Source of the DNA: Candidatus Obscuribacterales bacterium
GTDB lineage: Bacteria; Cyanobacteriota; Vampirovibrionia; Obscuribacterales; Obscuribacteraceae
Length of the DNA: 64,000 nt
Reading direction: 5' to 3'
Assembly: GCA_965228855.1 (NCBI GenBank)
Contig: CBDDIJ010000003.1
Location: forward strand, 2,912,001 to 2,976,000
In this document: positions 10,661 to 19,869 of the stretch, one piece after another
How the letters are laid out: each line of letters begins with the position of its first letter
Position numbering within the stretch: position 1 is the first letter of the stretch
Translations under genes and position numbers: made by a program
The notes under the pieces: model-generated
Told to the model about the DNA's origin: nothing
The model's database searches: none
Seen by the model: only the letters and a program-made list of their open reading frames with translations

Positions 10661-10855
10661 GTGGCACTGACAGACCATCGAATCAAAACCAACAAACGCG
10701 GCGAACACGTCGTCGCGTTCAGCACCGACAAAAACGAATTCATCGCGCCGTCAAACTATGAAGAGCGCCTGGCTTGGATTCGTTCGTCCTTCGACTCCTT
10801 TTACAACGTAGTAAAAGAGAAAGAAGCGGTTCGCGAGTTTTGTAATAAAGCTTAG
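10661..10855 (+). CDS. small hypothetical protein (64 aa)
   Basis: GTG start after a purine-rich RBS (ggggtaagg). It fills the ribD-miaB gap in the same orientation. Confidence 0.5.
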   Translation: MALTDHRIKTNKRGEHVVAFSTDKNEFIAPSNYEERLAWIRSSFDSFYNVVKEKEAVREFCNKA

Positions 10856-10943
10856 ATGCTCTCTCGACATCTAGTAAACTAATTTCAGCACCAGCTGCCG
10901 GCGCTGTCGTTTCGGTCCTCTTCGGACCGCGGAGATTACCTAG

Positions 10944-12314
10944 ATGTCCACAACCCAAATCGAAAAACGCCAAAGCAATCTCGACGCCGGAGAGCGTGGG
11001 TCGAAAACCGTGTATGTTCACACCTTCGGATGCCAGATGAACAAGGCCGATTCCGAGAACATGCTAGGGCTGCTCGATGAAATCGGATATAGACAGACCG
11101 ACGACGTCAAAGGCGCCGATCTCATGATTTTAAACACCTGCGCCATCCGCGAAGGTGCCGAAGACAAAGTCTACAGCTATCTTGGAGCCTGGAATAAGTT
11201 TAAACAAAAACGTCCTGGGACACTAATCGCAGTCGGTGGATGTGTCGCTCAAGATGAAGGCGAAAAGCTCGTTGCCAGAGCTCCGTACGTCGATATCGTC
11301 TTCGGTACGCACAATCTATTTCGTCTTCCTGAGCTCGTAACTAGAGCCCAGGAGACCAATCAGCACGTTGTCGAAGTGTTCCAGGAACTGCCGGAGGATC
11401 TACCGGAGTTACCGGTCATCCGCCAGAACGATTTCAGTGCCTGGGTTTCCGTAATCTATGGTTGCGATTACAACTGCACTTATTGCATCGTCCCGTACGT
11501 GCGCGGTCGCGAACGTAGTAGAACGCCGGATGAAGTGCTGAAAGAGATAGAGGAACTCGCTGACGCCGGCTACAAAGAAGTAACCCTGCTCGGTCAGAAT
11601 GTCACTGCATATGGTCACGATTTGAAACCGGTTCGCCACCTCGGTCATCTGATCGAGATGGTTGGAGAACTTGATTCGATAAAGAGAATCCGCTTCCTGA
11701 CCGGGCATCCACGCGATCTCAATCCTGAAATTATCGATTCGGTAAAGAGAACACCGAGTGCTTGCGAGTATTTTCACATCCCCGTTCAAGCTGGAGATGA
11801 CCGCACCTTACGCCGCATGGCGCGTGGCTATACGATTGATTTTTATCGAAAGAAAATCGACGAGATTCGCTCTCGAATTCCTGATGCCGCCATTACTTCC
11901 GATTTGATCGTCGGCTTCCCTGGCGAGACAGAGGAGGAATTCCTCAACACGGTCCGCCTCGTCGAAGAAATGTGTTTTGACGCCTGCAATACGGCAGCAT
12001 ATTCGCCAAGACCGCACACTCCGTCTAAAAGCTGGGGAGAGCAAGTACCCGAAGACGTGAAGTTTGAACGGCTGCGCCTGCTCAACACGGTCGTAAGTGA
12101 AGTAAGTCATCGGCGAAATAAACGGTACCTCGGACAGACGGTCGAGCTACTAGTTGAAGGCCTGAGCCAACGCAATGACGAGCGCTTGATGGGTCGCACT
12201 CGCAGCAACAAGGTCGTGCACTTCGAGGGGCCGGTAGAACTGACCGGAAAACTCGTCAACGTGAAAATCGAAGCTGCAAATCCCTGGGCGCTTCGCGGCA
12301 CACTCGCTACCTAA
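10944..12314 (+). CDS. miaB: tRNA-2-methylthio-N6-dimethylallyladenosine synthase
   Basis: TFGCQMN, NTCAIRE, GGCVAQ, radical SAM motif CDYNCTYC and a C-terminal TRAM domain. Confidence 0.96.
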   Translation: MSTTQIEKRQSNLDAGERGSKTVYVHTFGCQMNKADSENMLGLLDEIGYRQTDDVKGADLMILNTCAIREGAEDKVYSYLGAWNKFKQKRPGTLIAVGGCVAQDEGEKLVARAPYVDIVFGTHNLFRLPELVTRAQETNQHVVEVFQELPEDLPELPVIRQNDFSAWVSVIYGCDYNCTYCIVPYVRGRERSRTPDEVLKEIEELADAGYKEVTLLGQNVTAYGHDLKPVRHLGHLIEMVGELDSIKRIRFLTGHPRDLNPEIIDSVKRTPSACEYFHIPVQAGDDRTLRRMARGYTIDFYRKKIDEIRSRIPDAAITSDLIVGFPGETEEEFLNTVRLVEEMCFDACNTAAYSPRPHTPSKSWGEQVPEDVKFERLRLLNTVVSEVSHRRNKRYLGQTVELLVEGLSQRNDERLMGRTRSNKVVHFEGPVELTGKLVNVKIEAANPWALRGTLAT

Positions 12315-12679
12315 GACTGTGCGATGCGCTGACGCAGCATTCTGAAATACTCTTGAATGTCGGCGCGCGAGATGCCATCGGATTTCTTGCAGTCCCACTC
12401 TTCGTCGTAGGACTCAGCGATGTCGGCTATCCGCCGCAGCATGAAGCAGATAAACGATTTTTCTCGCCATTTGTACACACCACTAGCCATCGCTTCAGAA
12501 AGCTCACCCTTCGAAAGGAAACCATCGCTGTCCTTGTCTAGCTTATCGAAACATTCGTAGGCGAATGTCTTCACCTCATCAAGCGTGTCGGCGACCCTCA
12601 GACCACCCGATGAGCTTCCGGCATTGGGGTACATCCAGGCGCTCTCCGACGTCTCAGAATGGCTGTGAGGTCCGCTCAT
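12311..12679 (-). CDS. small EF-hand protein
   Basis: Canonical EF loop DKDSDGFLSKGE plus a degenerate second loop (DGISRADI). ATG 12679 follows a GAGGT RBS; the stop overlaps the miaB stop. Confidence 0.7.
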   Translation of the reverse strand: MSGPHSHSETSESAWMYPNAGSSSGGLRVADTLDEVKTFAYECFDKLDKDSDGFLSKGELSEAMASGVYKWREKSFICFMLRRIADIAESYDEEWDCKKSDGISRADIQEYFRMLRQRIAQS

Positions 12680-12821
12680 ATTCGAATTTTGACCTCGCGC
12701 GACCACGTGAAGGCAATCAACTATAAAACTATGCCCCCTAAAGCTCTTTACATAAACAAGAAACCTGCCGAAGATAACGGTCATTGAGATTAGAATTGAA
12801 GGCTCACAAGGCTGGAATCTC

Positions 12822-13811
12822 ATGACGGCAATCGGCAACGATATCCAACAAGCAGCAAGACTCCTAAAGGAAGGCAACCTGGTTGCCATCCCGACTGAAA
12901 CCGTTTATGGACTTGCAGCAGACGCATCCAACAAAGAAGCGCTTCATAAACTATTCGACGCAAAAGGTCGTCCGAGAAATCATCCGGTTATCGTTCACAT
13001 CGCGTCCGCCGCGCAACTCTCCGACTGGGTCGCCGAGGTTCCACCCATTGCGAAGAAATTGGCCGAGAAATTTTGGCCTGGACCTCTGACCATGATTTTC
13101 AAGAAAAAGCATCACGTGCTGGACGACGTTACAGGCGGTCAGGACACCGTCGCGATTCGAGTTCCTAAGCACGATACGGCTCTGAAACTGTTGCAAGAGT
13201 TTGGCGGCGGTCTGGCTGCACCGTCAGCAAATCGTTTCGGAAAGCTTAGCCCGACTGAAGCTGCCGACGTCGCAAATGAGTTTCAAACCGAGGTGGCTTA
13301 CGTTCTCGATGGTGGCACATGCGATGTCGGCATTGAGTCTACGATTATCGATATGTCCGGAGACAAGCCTCGCGTGCTTCGTCCCGGGATGTTGAACTTA
13401 GATATGTTGAACGAAGTTGCTGGTTTGAACGCGACCCACAACAACGATGACGTCCCAAGCGTCAAAGCTCCTGGTACATTGAAAAGCCACTATTCACCGA
13501 TGACTCCAGTGATGCTTGTTGAAGGTGACGATTTGAAAACGGTTTTGCAAAAACTGAACGGTGCCGCAAAAACTGCAGCTGTTTTATCGTTCAAAGAAGA
13601 GGTTGTGAACGGAACCGACAAACAAACTGCATGGATAGCCGTTCCGAACGACCCCAAAGTTTACGCACGCCAACTTTATGGAAATTTGCGAAAACTAGAT
13701 ACTTTCAAATGCGATTGGATAATCGTAGAGCGAGTGCCGGACCACGACCAATGGTCAGGCATCAGAGATCGGTTACAGAGAGCGTCTTTCAGAGAGGACA
13801 ATCAGCAATGA
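12822..13811 (+). CDS. sua5: threonylcarbamoyl-AMP synthase (Sua5 type)
   Basis: PTETVYGLAA, KGRP, FWPGPLT, APSAN, GIEST and APGxxxSHY motifs, plus the SUA5 C-terminal domain. Confidence 0.95.
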   Translation: MTAIGNDIQQAARLLKEGNLVAIPTETVYGLAADASNKEALHKLFDAKGRPRNHPVIVHIASAAQLSDWVAEVPPIAKKLAEKFWPGPLTMIFKKKHHVLDDVTGGQDTVAIRVPKHDTALKLLQEFGGGLAAPSANRFGKLSPTEAADVANEFQTEVAYVLDGGTCDVGIESTIIDMSGDKPRVLRPGMLNLDMLNEVAGLNATHNNDDVPSVKAPGTLKSHYSPMTPVMLVEGDDLKTVLQKLNGAAKTAAVLSFKEEVVNGTDKQTAWIAVPNDPKVYARQLYGNLRKLDTFKCDWIIVERVPDHDQWSGIRDRLQRASFREDNQQ

Positions 13812-14434
13812 CTACGCCAGTAATGGAACTTCTGCGTGATTCGACCGCGGAATTGCACACGTCGGCAGAAGCTAACGAATTCCAGCATCAGCTAGGCTCG
13901 GGGAAAGTCGACAAGAAGCATTTCAGCCGCTATCTGGAACAGCTCTATTTGATGCACAAGCGACTCGCCGATTTGCTCAACGAGTCAAAGCCGGCTAACC
14001 ATGCAGTCAATCATGTCGTCAAAGACTATCACCTCGACCTATCCTGCCTGAGCAAAGATCTTGCTTACTTCGGTCAAAAACCGGACGGTGCCTCGCCGTT
14101 AAAAGCGACAGCGAAGCTCATGGATTCGATGAAATCCACCGCCCAGAATGACACGGCAGCACTGCTCGGTTATCTTTACGTCCTCGAAGGCAGCACCAAC
14201 GGCGCTAAATTCATGGCAAAAGCATTACGAGCAGGACTCGAATTGCCGGAAGAAGCCGGGGCTTCGTACTTCGACCGTTACGGCGATGCTCAACGTGAGC
14301 GCTGGACCGCGTTTAAAACATCCATGAACGAATTGGATTTCAGCGAGAAAGAGCGCGATTCGCTAGTCACAAGAGCAAAAGAAATTTTCCACAGCTTTGG
14401 CGAAATAGGCACCGAGCTGCTGTCCGAGAATTAA
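13808..14434 (+). CDS. heme oxygenase (HemO/BphO-like)
   Basis: Proximal His helix LRDSTAELHTSAE and distal helix YVLEGSTNGA. ATGA overlap with the sua5 stop. Confidence 0.85.
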   Translation: MTTPVMELLRDSTAELHTSAEANEFQHQLGSGKVDKKHFSRYLEQLYLMHKRLADLLNESKPANHAVNHVVKDYHLDLSCLSKDLAYFGQKPDGASPLKATAKLMDSMKSTAQNDTAALLGYLYVLEGSTNGAKFMAKALRAGLELPEEAGASYFDRYGDAQRERWTAFKTSMNELDFSEKERDSLVTRAKEIFHSFGEIGTELLSEN

Positions 14435-14562
14435 TCGCAGCATTCAAGCACTGCTGCTCACGCGGGTTAACGAGACTATCCAGAGGGAATAAGTTTCGTG
14501 TGTATAACCCGGCCGTTTGGCACAATTTTGGGCAACTCAACATGCTAAGAAAAGGCACTGGA

Positions 14563-16167
14563 ATGGCGAAGATCCTGCAGCAACTTCCTGCAGCGCCAGG
14601 CTTATCCGAGATTCACCACTTCCTGTCTCAAGCAATGGAGCGAAGAGGCAGACAGGTCGTAATTTCATGGGCGACGCCCGATAAATTAGTGGAGTTTTCC
14701 CTCGAAATACAATGTCCGATAAAAGGCGGGGATACGGAATGGAAGCTGTTTAGCGGAAAAGATCGCGAGAGAAAACTCTTGTGGGAGTACAAGACCTGCG
14801 ACGTCCTCCTTGTCTACAATCTTATCGTTTCCTCCTCCGGAGAGATTCATCACGCCGTACAGATTGACGGAACGATGCTGACTTCGGAGGCTTTCCGCGA
14901 CCAATCGCGAAAACGCGACACTTACTACATGCAGGCTATGCAAACTCACGAAGTCGACATCGCACGTTTATCGCAACTTGGTTTAAAAGATAACTCGTGG
15001 TCGCGAGGCACGGCCGAACATACTGGTGATCTCTCGATTGTTCAAATCAGTTCACTGCTTCAATCACTTCTGATTGCGAAACTGACTGGCTGTCTCGAAA
15101 TCAACAAGAGCAACGAAAAGGCCAGAATCTTCTTCGTGGACGGAGAGCCGACTTACGCGGATATCGCCGCCGGACGCATAACCGGCGACGAATGTATTTT
15201 GGAAATAGTTACCTGGCGCGAAGGCAAGTACGAATTTATTCAACGGCAGAGAACGGAACATAAGAACGTTAAAACCAGCCTGGAGACTCTGGTTCTCCAA
15301 GGTGTCAAACTCAAGGATCAAACTAATTATTTGAAAAACGCCGGGCTTGGTCCGGACTCGGTTCTCGTTCAAAAGTATCTGAACATCACGCAGCCCGAAT
15401 TCGACGCCCGCACCACAGCTGGTGCGCCGGTGGCACTTCAAGTTCTTCGAAGCATCTATGTCACGATTGATTCGGAGAGCACGCTGAAAACAATCGCCAC
15501 TCGTTTACACCTCCCGCAAAGTGTCTGGGTGCCGGCAATTATTCACTTGTTGGAACTGGACCTTATAGGTTTCACAAATCCGGAACAGAACAAATCGGCT
15601 CCACCTGAGAATTTGATACCGAAAAGCATCGATCCCACACTCATTCACTCGGTGATGATGGGATTGCGACGCCCGGAAACAGGGATGTTTACCTATCCAG
15701 CGTTTCTCTACTTTCTGGAACAAGAATATTTCCGCGGTTACCGTGCCGGTAGCCCGCTATGCGTAATGGTCATGGAAATGCGCGTCGTCAAAGGTCCGCC
15801 GAACTTCGAGCGTGAGCCACTGGATGTGGTGGCAGTCGCGGAAGTCTTCAGACGAATCAGTGCGTTAAAGCGACACATCGATCTGGTTGCTCACTACGAA
15901 TCGTACGATTATGCAATGATTCTTCCGAATACGAAAAGTTCAGGCGCAAATGTATTTGCTCAACGCATCGTGAACTCTCTGCTCAGCACTCCATTGCCAG
16001 GCGTGCAACACGGCAAACTATCATTGTCCTTCGGCGTCGCCTGCATTCCTGAGGACTGCACGGATCTGTCCTACGTTCTGGCAGCCGCAGAGGCCGCCAA
16101 AGCTCAAGCGATTCTACTTGCAGCGCCAGTCATCCTGTTCCGAGATATCCGCCCGGGCGCCGAGTAA
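14563..16167 (+). CDS. multidomain protein: unnamed N-terminal domain + DUF4388/PatA_N + degenerate GGDEF
   Basis: GDLSIVQISSLLQ...TGCLEI...IFFVDGEP...WREGKYEF (DUF4388). The C-terminus has GGDEF-fold motifs ETGMFT, RHIDLVAHYESYDYAMILPNT and LSLSFGVA. Confidence 0.8.
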   Translation: MAKILQQLPAAPGLSEIHHFLSQAMERRGRQVVISWATPDKLVEFSLEIQCPIKGGDTEWKLFSGKDRERKLLWEYKTCDVLLVYNLIVSSSGEIHHAVQIDGTMLTSEAFRDQSRKRDTYYMQAMQTHEVDIARLSQLGLKDNSWSRGTAEHTGDLSIVQISSLLQSLLIAKLTGCLEINKSNEKARIFFVDGEPTYADIAAGRITGDECILEIVTWREGKYEFIQRQRTEHKNVKTSLETLVLQGVKLKDQTNYLKNAGLGPDSVLVQKYLNITQPEFDARTTAGAPVALQVLRSIYVTIDSESTLKTIATRLHLPQSVWVPAIIHLLELDLIGFTNPEQNKSAPPENLIPKSIDPTLIHSVMMGLRRPETGMFTYPAFLYFLEQEYFRGYRAGSPLCVMVMEMRVVKGPPNFEREPLDVVAVAEVFRRISALKRHIDLVAHYESYDYAMILPNTKSSGANVFAQRIVNSLLSTPLPGVQHGKLSLSFGVACIPEDCTDLSYVLAAAEAAKAQAILLAAPVILFRDIRPGAE

Positions 16168-16210
16168 AATCTCTACCTAATGGGCGAGAACGTTGACACG
16201 AAATCGAGAG

Positions 16211-16510
16211 TTACTTCAGTGCATCAAATATTCTATTGAATGTGCTGATTAGCATGAATGCGGCAAACATGAGGAAGCAGCAACCAAGCACTGCAAAAAC
16301 TATCATCGCCTTGCCGGCGTTTCGCAGATACTTCTTGAGAAAACTTTCCTTGCTGTCTACAGGAGCGGAAGGTCTCCCTGCCGATTGAGCTTTAGGCTCA
16401 GGCAAGTGAAGATCAGGCGTCTCACCTACGTGTATTTCGACAGGCACCGCATCCGGTGGCGCTGCCGGCGGCAACTCACGTTCTTCACCTGGATCATTCT
16501 GTTGAGTCAT
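16211..16510 (-). CDS. small membrane protein
   Basis: Pro-rich N-terminus and a single C-terminal hydrophobic helix; same strand as, and downstream of, nagZ. Confidence 0.55.
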   Translation of the reverse strand: MTQQNDPGEERELPPAAPPDAVPVEIHVGETPDLHLPEPKAQSAGRPSAPVDSKESFLKKYLRNAGKAMIVFAVLGCCFLMFAAFMLISTFNRIFDALK

Positions 16511-16593
16511 GACATAACCTCGGGCGAGTCGCAAGATTTGAAACGGTTTCTAAAAATCTGATCGTGATTTCGGTTGTACTTAAACACGATAAT

Positions 16594-18153
16594 CTAAACG
16601 GTAACTGTCTCTGATTGTACAGGACTTACGCCGGTGGCGATACGAGAAGCGAAAACTTGGGCGAGGGCTTTCATTGCCTGGTCGGATGGATCGTGAGTGG
16701 CGACCACGTTAGGCCAATCAGGCAAACCGTGAACATCAAATGGCGTATCCACGCATACGGCAACCTTTTCCTGACAAACATCAGCAACCATCTGCCCCAA
16801 TCTCAGTTGGTCCTCGAAATGCAATGCACGGAACGTGAGATAAACCACGTTCTTACCCGTCAATTCCTCAGCTATAAGGCTAGCTTCTTCGAAGGTCGGT
16901 TCAAGCGGATAGCGACGCAGTTCCAACAGTTCCGGTTTCTCTGCTTGACCTAAAGCAGCACTTAGATACTCGTGCAGGTTCATTGAATAGCGCGGATGGT
17001 CGGGAATCAACAAGGTCCATTTTTGCCCCTGCAGTTCCGGAATGCCACCACGCACGATTGCAATACCTTTCAATGATGCGTTAAAACTGAGATCAGCGCC
17101 TTCACAAACGAGCTTCTCTAAGCGAGCATATTTTCGCGGATTGTGCACAGGCGAGCAAGTCGTTGGCTTCTTATTGAAATGAGCTTTGATGCGCTCTCTG
17201 GATTCCTCAAGGCGCTCCGTTGAAATTCTACCGGATTGCGCGGCGGCAAGAAGGGCGCTGTAAGATTCTTGCAGCTCGTCTTCAGAACCGCACACGAGGA
17301 CTAAATCGGCACCGGCTTCGACAGCCATCACGCAAGCTTCACCCAAACCATACTTCGAAGTGATGCCTTTCATAACCATGTCGTCGGTCATGACTATGCC
17401 CTTGAATCCCAGATATTCGCGCAGGATTGAATGAGTAATACGTTTTGAAAGGCTTGCCGGGACTTGCTCTTCATCAATCTCAGTGCACCAGATGTGCCCA
17501 GTGAGAACAATCGGCAAGCTTTCGAGAATAGTTTTAAACGGCGCAAGATCAGTGTTCCACAGTTTCTCAACCGGCAATTTGTTTATCGCCAGCGCAACAT
17601 GCGAATCCTCTGTCGTGGCGCCATGTCCAGGGAAATGCTTACCGACGGGAACCAAGCCCTCAGCAGAAATCGCCTCGGCAACCAGACGGCCGTACTTTGC
17701 CACCTTATCTGGTGCATTTCCAAATGCCCTGGTGCAAACGATTGGGTTTACGAAATTGGAGATCACATCGAGAACCGGCGCCAAAAGGCAGTTTATGCCC
17801 AAAAGTTTCAGCTGACGGGAACTCAAACTCGAAATTTTTTCTATGATGTCCTCATCTCCGGTTGCAGCTAAGGCCATCGGAGATGGCAGCGGACTGATTA
17901 CGCGATCGAAGCGCTGCACAGCGCCTCCTTCCTGATCGGTGCAGACCACCGGCGGATGCAGGGACGCTTCGACCACGTCGTGAACAAGCGTCGCCAGCTC
18001 TTGCAGCTGTTCAGCATTCTCGCGAAAAAAGCAGATACCACCCACGGTGCCTGCCTGCAAACGTTTTCGATACTCCGGTGTAAGAGTCGTCGCCGGCACA
18101 CGACCAATCAATAGCCGACCGACGTTCTTTTCCAGGTCTTGCTTGCCTGCCAT
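16594..18153 (-). CDS. nagZ: beta-N-acetylhexosaminidase (GH3, NagZ-like, with C-terminal domain)
   Basis: DQEGG, APVLD, KHFPGHGATTEDSH NagZ signature and TDDMVM nucleophile. Confidence 0.9.
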   Translation of the reverse strand: MAGKQDLEKNVGRLLIGRVPATTLTPEYRKRLQAGTVGGICFFRENAEQLQELATLVHDVVEASLHPPVVCTDQEGGAVQRFDRVISPLPSPMALAATGDEDIIEKISSLSSRQLKLLGINCLLAPVLDVISNFVNPIVCTRAFGNAPDKVAKYGRLVAEAISAEGLVPVGKHFPGHGATTEDSHVALAINKLPVEKLWNTDLAPFKTILESLPIVLTGHIWCTEIDEEQVPASLSKRITHSILREYLGFKGIVMTDDMVMKGITSKYGLGEACVMAVEAGADLVLVCGSEDELQESYSALLAAAQSGRISTERLEESRERIKAHFNKKPTTCSPVHNPRKYARLEKLVCEGADLSFNASLKGIAIVRGGIPELQGQKWTLLIPDHPRYSMNLHEYLSAALGQAEKPELLELRRYPLEPTFEEASLIAEELTGKNVVYLTFRALHFEDQLRLGQMVADVCQEKVAVCVDTPFDVHGLPDWPNVVATHDPSDQAMKALAQVFASRIATGVSPVQSETVTV

Positions 18154-18167
18154 GGGATACGAGGCTC

Positions 18168-19142
18168 CTAGTTTCTCGTGGAAAGCAGTCGATAAACTTC
18201 GACCGCTTTGGTTTTTCCTTTTATATTGTAAGAGCCCATGTACTCAAAATTACATCTGTCGTTAGACAAAGTGAATGTATTTCCATCCACGATAATGTCG
18301 CCAGGTCTGTCGTCGCCAATCAGTTTTTCCAGACGGAAAACCAGATTAGCGGTGTCGCCAAGCACGGCGGGATTACCGGATGAATGCCCGAGCGCGCCGG
18401 CAGCAACCGGACCTGTGGCAAGAGCGATATCCAGATTGAGCGGATAGTCTTCGAAAGGCCACATTCGCTTGTCATTTCCAAGCTTGGCAATGACCTCTCT
18501 TAGTTTCAATGCAGTATGGCAAGCTTGATAGGCGGGTATACGCGCACCTTCGCTCGAGCTGTCACCAGCCCAGTAAGCCATAATCGCGTCACCTGCAATT
18601 TTTTCGAGCTGACCGTAATTTTTATTGATCTCGTCATTGAGCGATTCGAAAATGCGCTGAGCCGCGCCCATGACGATTTCAGGCGACGCCGCATAGGTTT
18701 CCATCAACGTCGTGAATTTCTTGATGTCACCAACCAGAATGGTGGCGTTCATAAACTTGATGCTGTACTGCGTGCGGTCCTGTGAGTCTTCTTCGCCTTC
18801 GTCAGCATCGAGCTCGAATTCCATCTGAGGCGGAAACACGCGCAATTGATACTGCGCGATGCGCACCTCATCACCATGACGCAGCGGGTACTCCTCACCG
18901 GAGACGCAAACCTTGCCGTTTATCGTGGTTCCGTTGGTGCTGTTTCTGTCCATGATAGTCCAGCCATCTGCACTACAGCGGATTTCAGCATGCTGACCGG
19001 AGACTTCAGGATACGGCAAAATGAGCTTCTTCACACCACCAGGAGCAGGTCTGCGCCCAATGTGGAGAACCTCACCATCAGTCAATTCCACCGAATATTC
19101 ATCCGGCGTGTCAGGATTTACCTTGATATTGCCGGAAGCCAT
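18168..19142 (-). CDS. FHA domain + class III nucleotide (adenylate) cyclase
   Basis: FHA motifs IGRR, VSGQHA and STNGT; cyclase motifs GDIKKFT, EKIAGDAIMAYW and GDTANLVFRLE. Confidence 0.88.
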   Translation of the reverse strand: MASGNIKVNPDTPDEYSVELTDGEVLHIGRRPAPGGVKKLILPYPEVSGQHAEIRCSADGWTIMDRNSTNGTTINGKVCVSGEEYPLRHGDEVRIAQYQLRVFPPQMEFELDADEGEEDSQDRTQYSIKFMNATILVGDIKKFTTLMETYAASPEIVMGAAQRIFESLNDEINKNYGQLEKIAGDAIMAYWAGDSSSEGARIPAYQACHTALKLREVIAKLGNDKRMWPFEDYPLNLDIALATGPVAAGALGHSSGNPAVLGDTANLVFRLEKLIGDDRPGDIIVDGNTFTLSNDRCNFEYMGSYNIKGKTKAVEVYRLLSTRN

Positions 19143-19352
19143 TTACTGCATTTTGCCAAGAAGAAACGTCCTAATTGCCCAGGTAGCTATTATATCGGCA
19201 GAAAATGGCGCTTCCAAACCTGTGATACAACAACTTAACAGGGCTTAAAACCACAAGTTGACAAGCTTTTGACATCCCTGGAGGTTGGATAAACCGCTAA
19301 AGCCGGTTTCGGCACACTTACTTTCCAGCCAGCTTTCATCGCTCGTCCACGT

Positions 19353-19787
19353 TTATTCGTCAGGGTCCGACAGATCCTGTGCCGGCATCGGCGGCAGTTT
19401 GGTATGCGCGCGGAATTGCTCATCCGACCTTTCGTCAAGACTGAGCGCATCCAGACGGAATGTTTCTTCCTGTGAGCTGTACCAGACTTGAATCGGAATA
19501 TGTGCGATGCCGATCTCGTCTTCATGGCGAAGTACGTACTCATCACCGGGAATGAGGAGGCGTCCGTTCAGGCTAGTCCCGTTGGTACTGCCCCTGTCCG
19601 TAATTCGCCAGTAAAAGCCATCATGCCAAACTTCGGCATGGGTACCGGATACGTTTGGATCGTTAATCAAGAATTTCTGCGCATCAGGCTCGGGTCGCCG
19701 CCCAATCTTGAGCCTGGAGCCCGGCTCCAGTTCTATTACTTGCTCTTCCGGTGTGCCCGGATTCACTCTCAGTTGGAAGTCACTCAT
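19353..19787 (-). CDS. stand-alone FHA domain protein
   Basis: IGRR, VSGTHA and STNGT motifs; paralogous to the FHA of the neighbouring cyclase. Confidence 0.85.
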   Translation of the reverse strand: MSDFQLRVNPGTPEEQVIELEPGSRLKIGRRPEPDAQKFLINDPNVSGTHAEVWHDGFYWRITDRGSTNGTSLNGRLLIPGDEYVLRHEDEIGIAHIPIQVWYSSQEETFRLDALSLDERSDEQFRAHTKLPPMPAQDLSDPDE

Positions 19788-19869
19788 TTAGCGTATTCCG
19801 CGTGTAGACAGGCTTCTAATGAATCAGCGAGCCCTTACGCAGGACTCGCTGATATCAGCAACATGCTTT

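Noticed and set aside
13631..13807. N-terminal extensions given by the ORF track (also for metK, sucC, DJ-1, EF-hand, the 34781 ORF and the 40505 ORF)
   Set aside because: They overlap neighbouring genes or leader regions. Downstream starts fit the family N-termini or have better RBS sequences.
18168..19142. Pycsar/CBASS-type defence cyclase
   Set aside because: It has an FHA fusion, a housekeeping context and no adjacent effector gene; the patatin gene is about 16 kb away.
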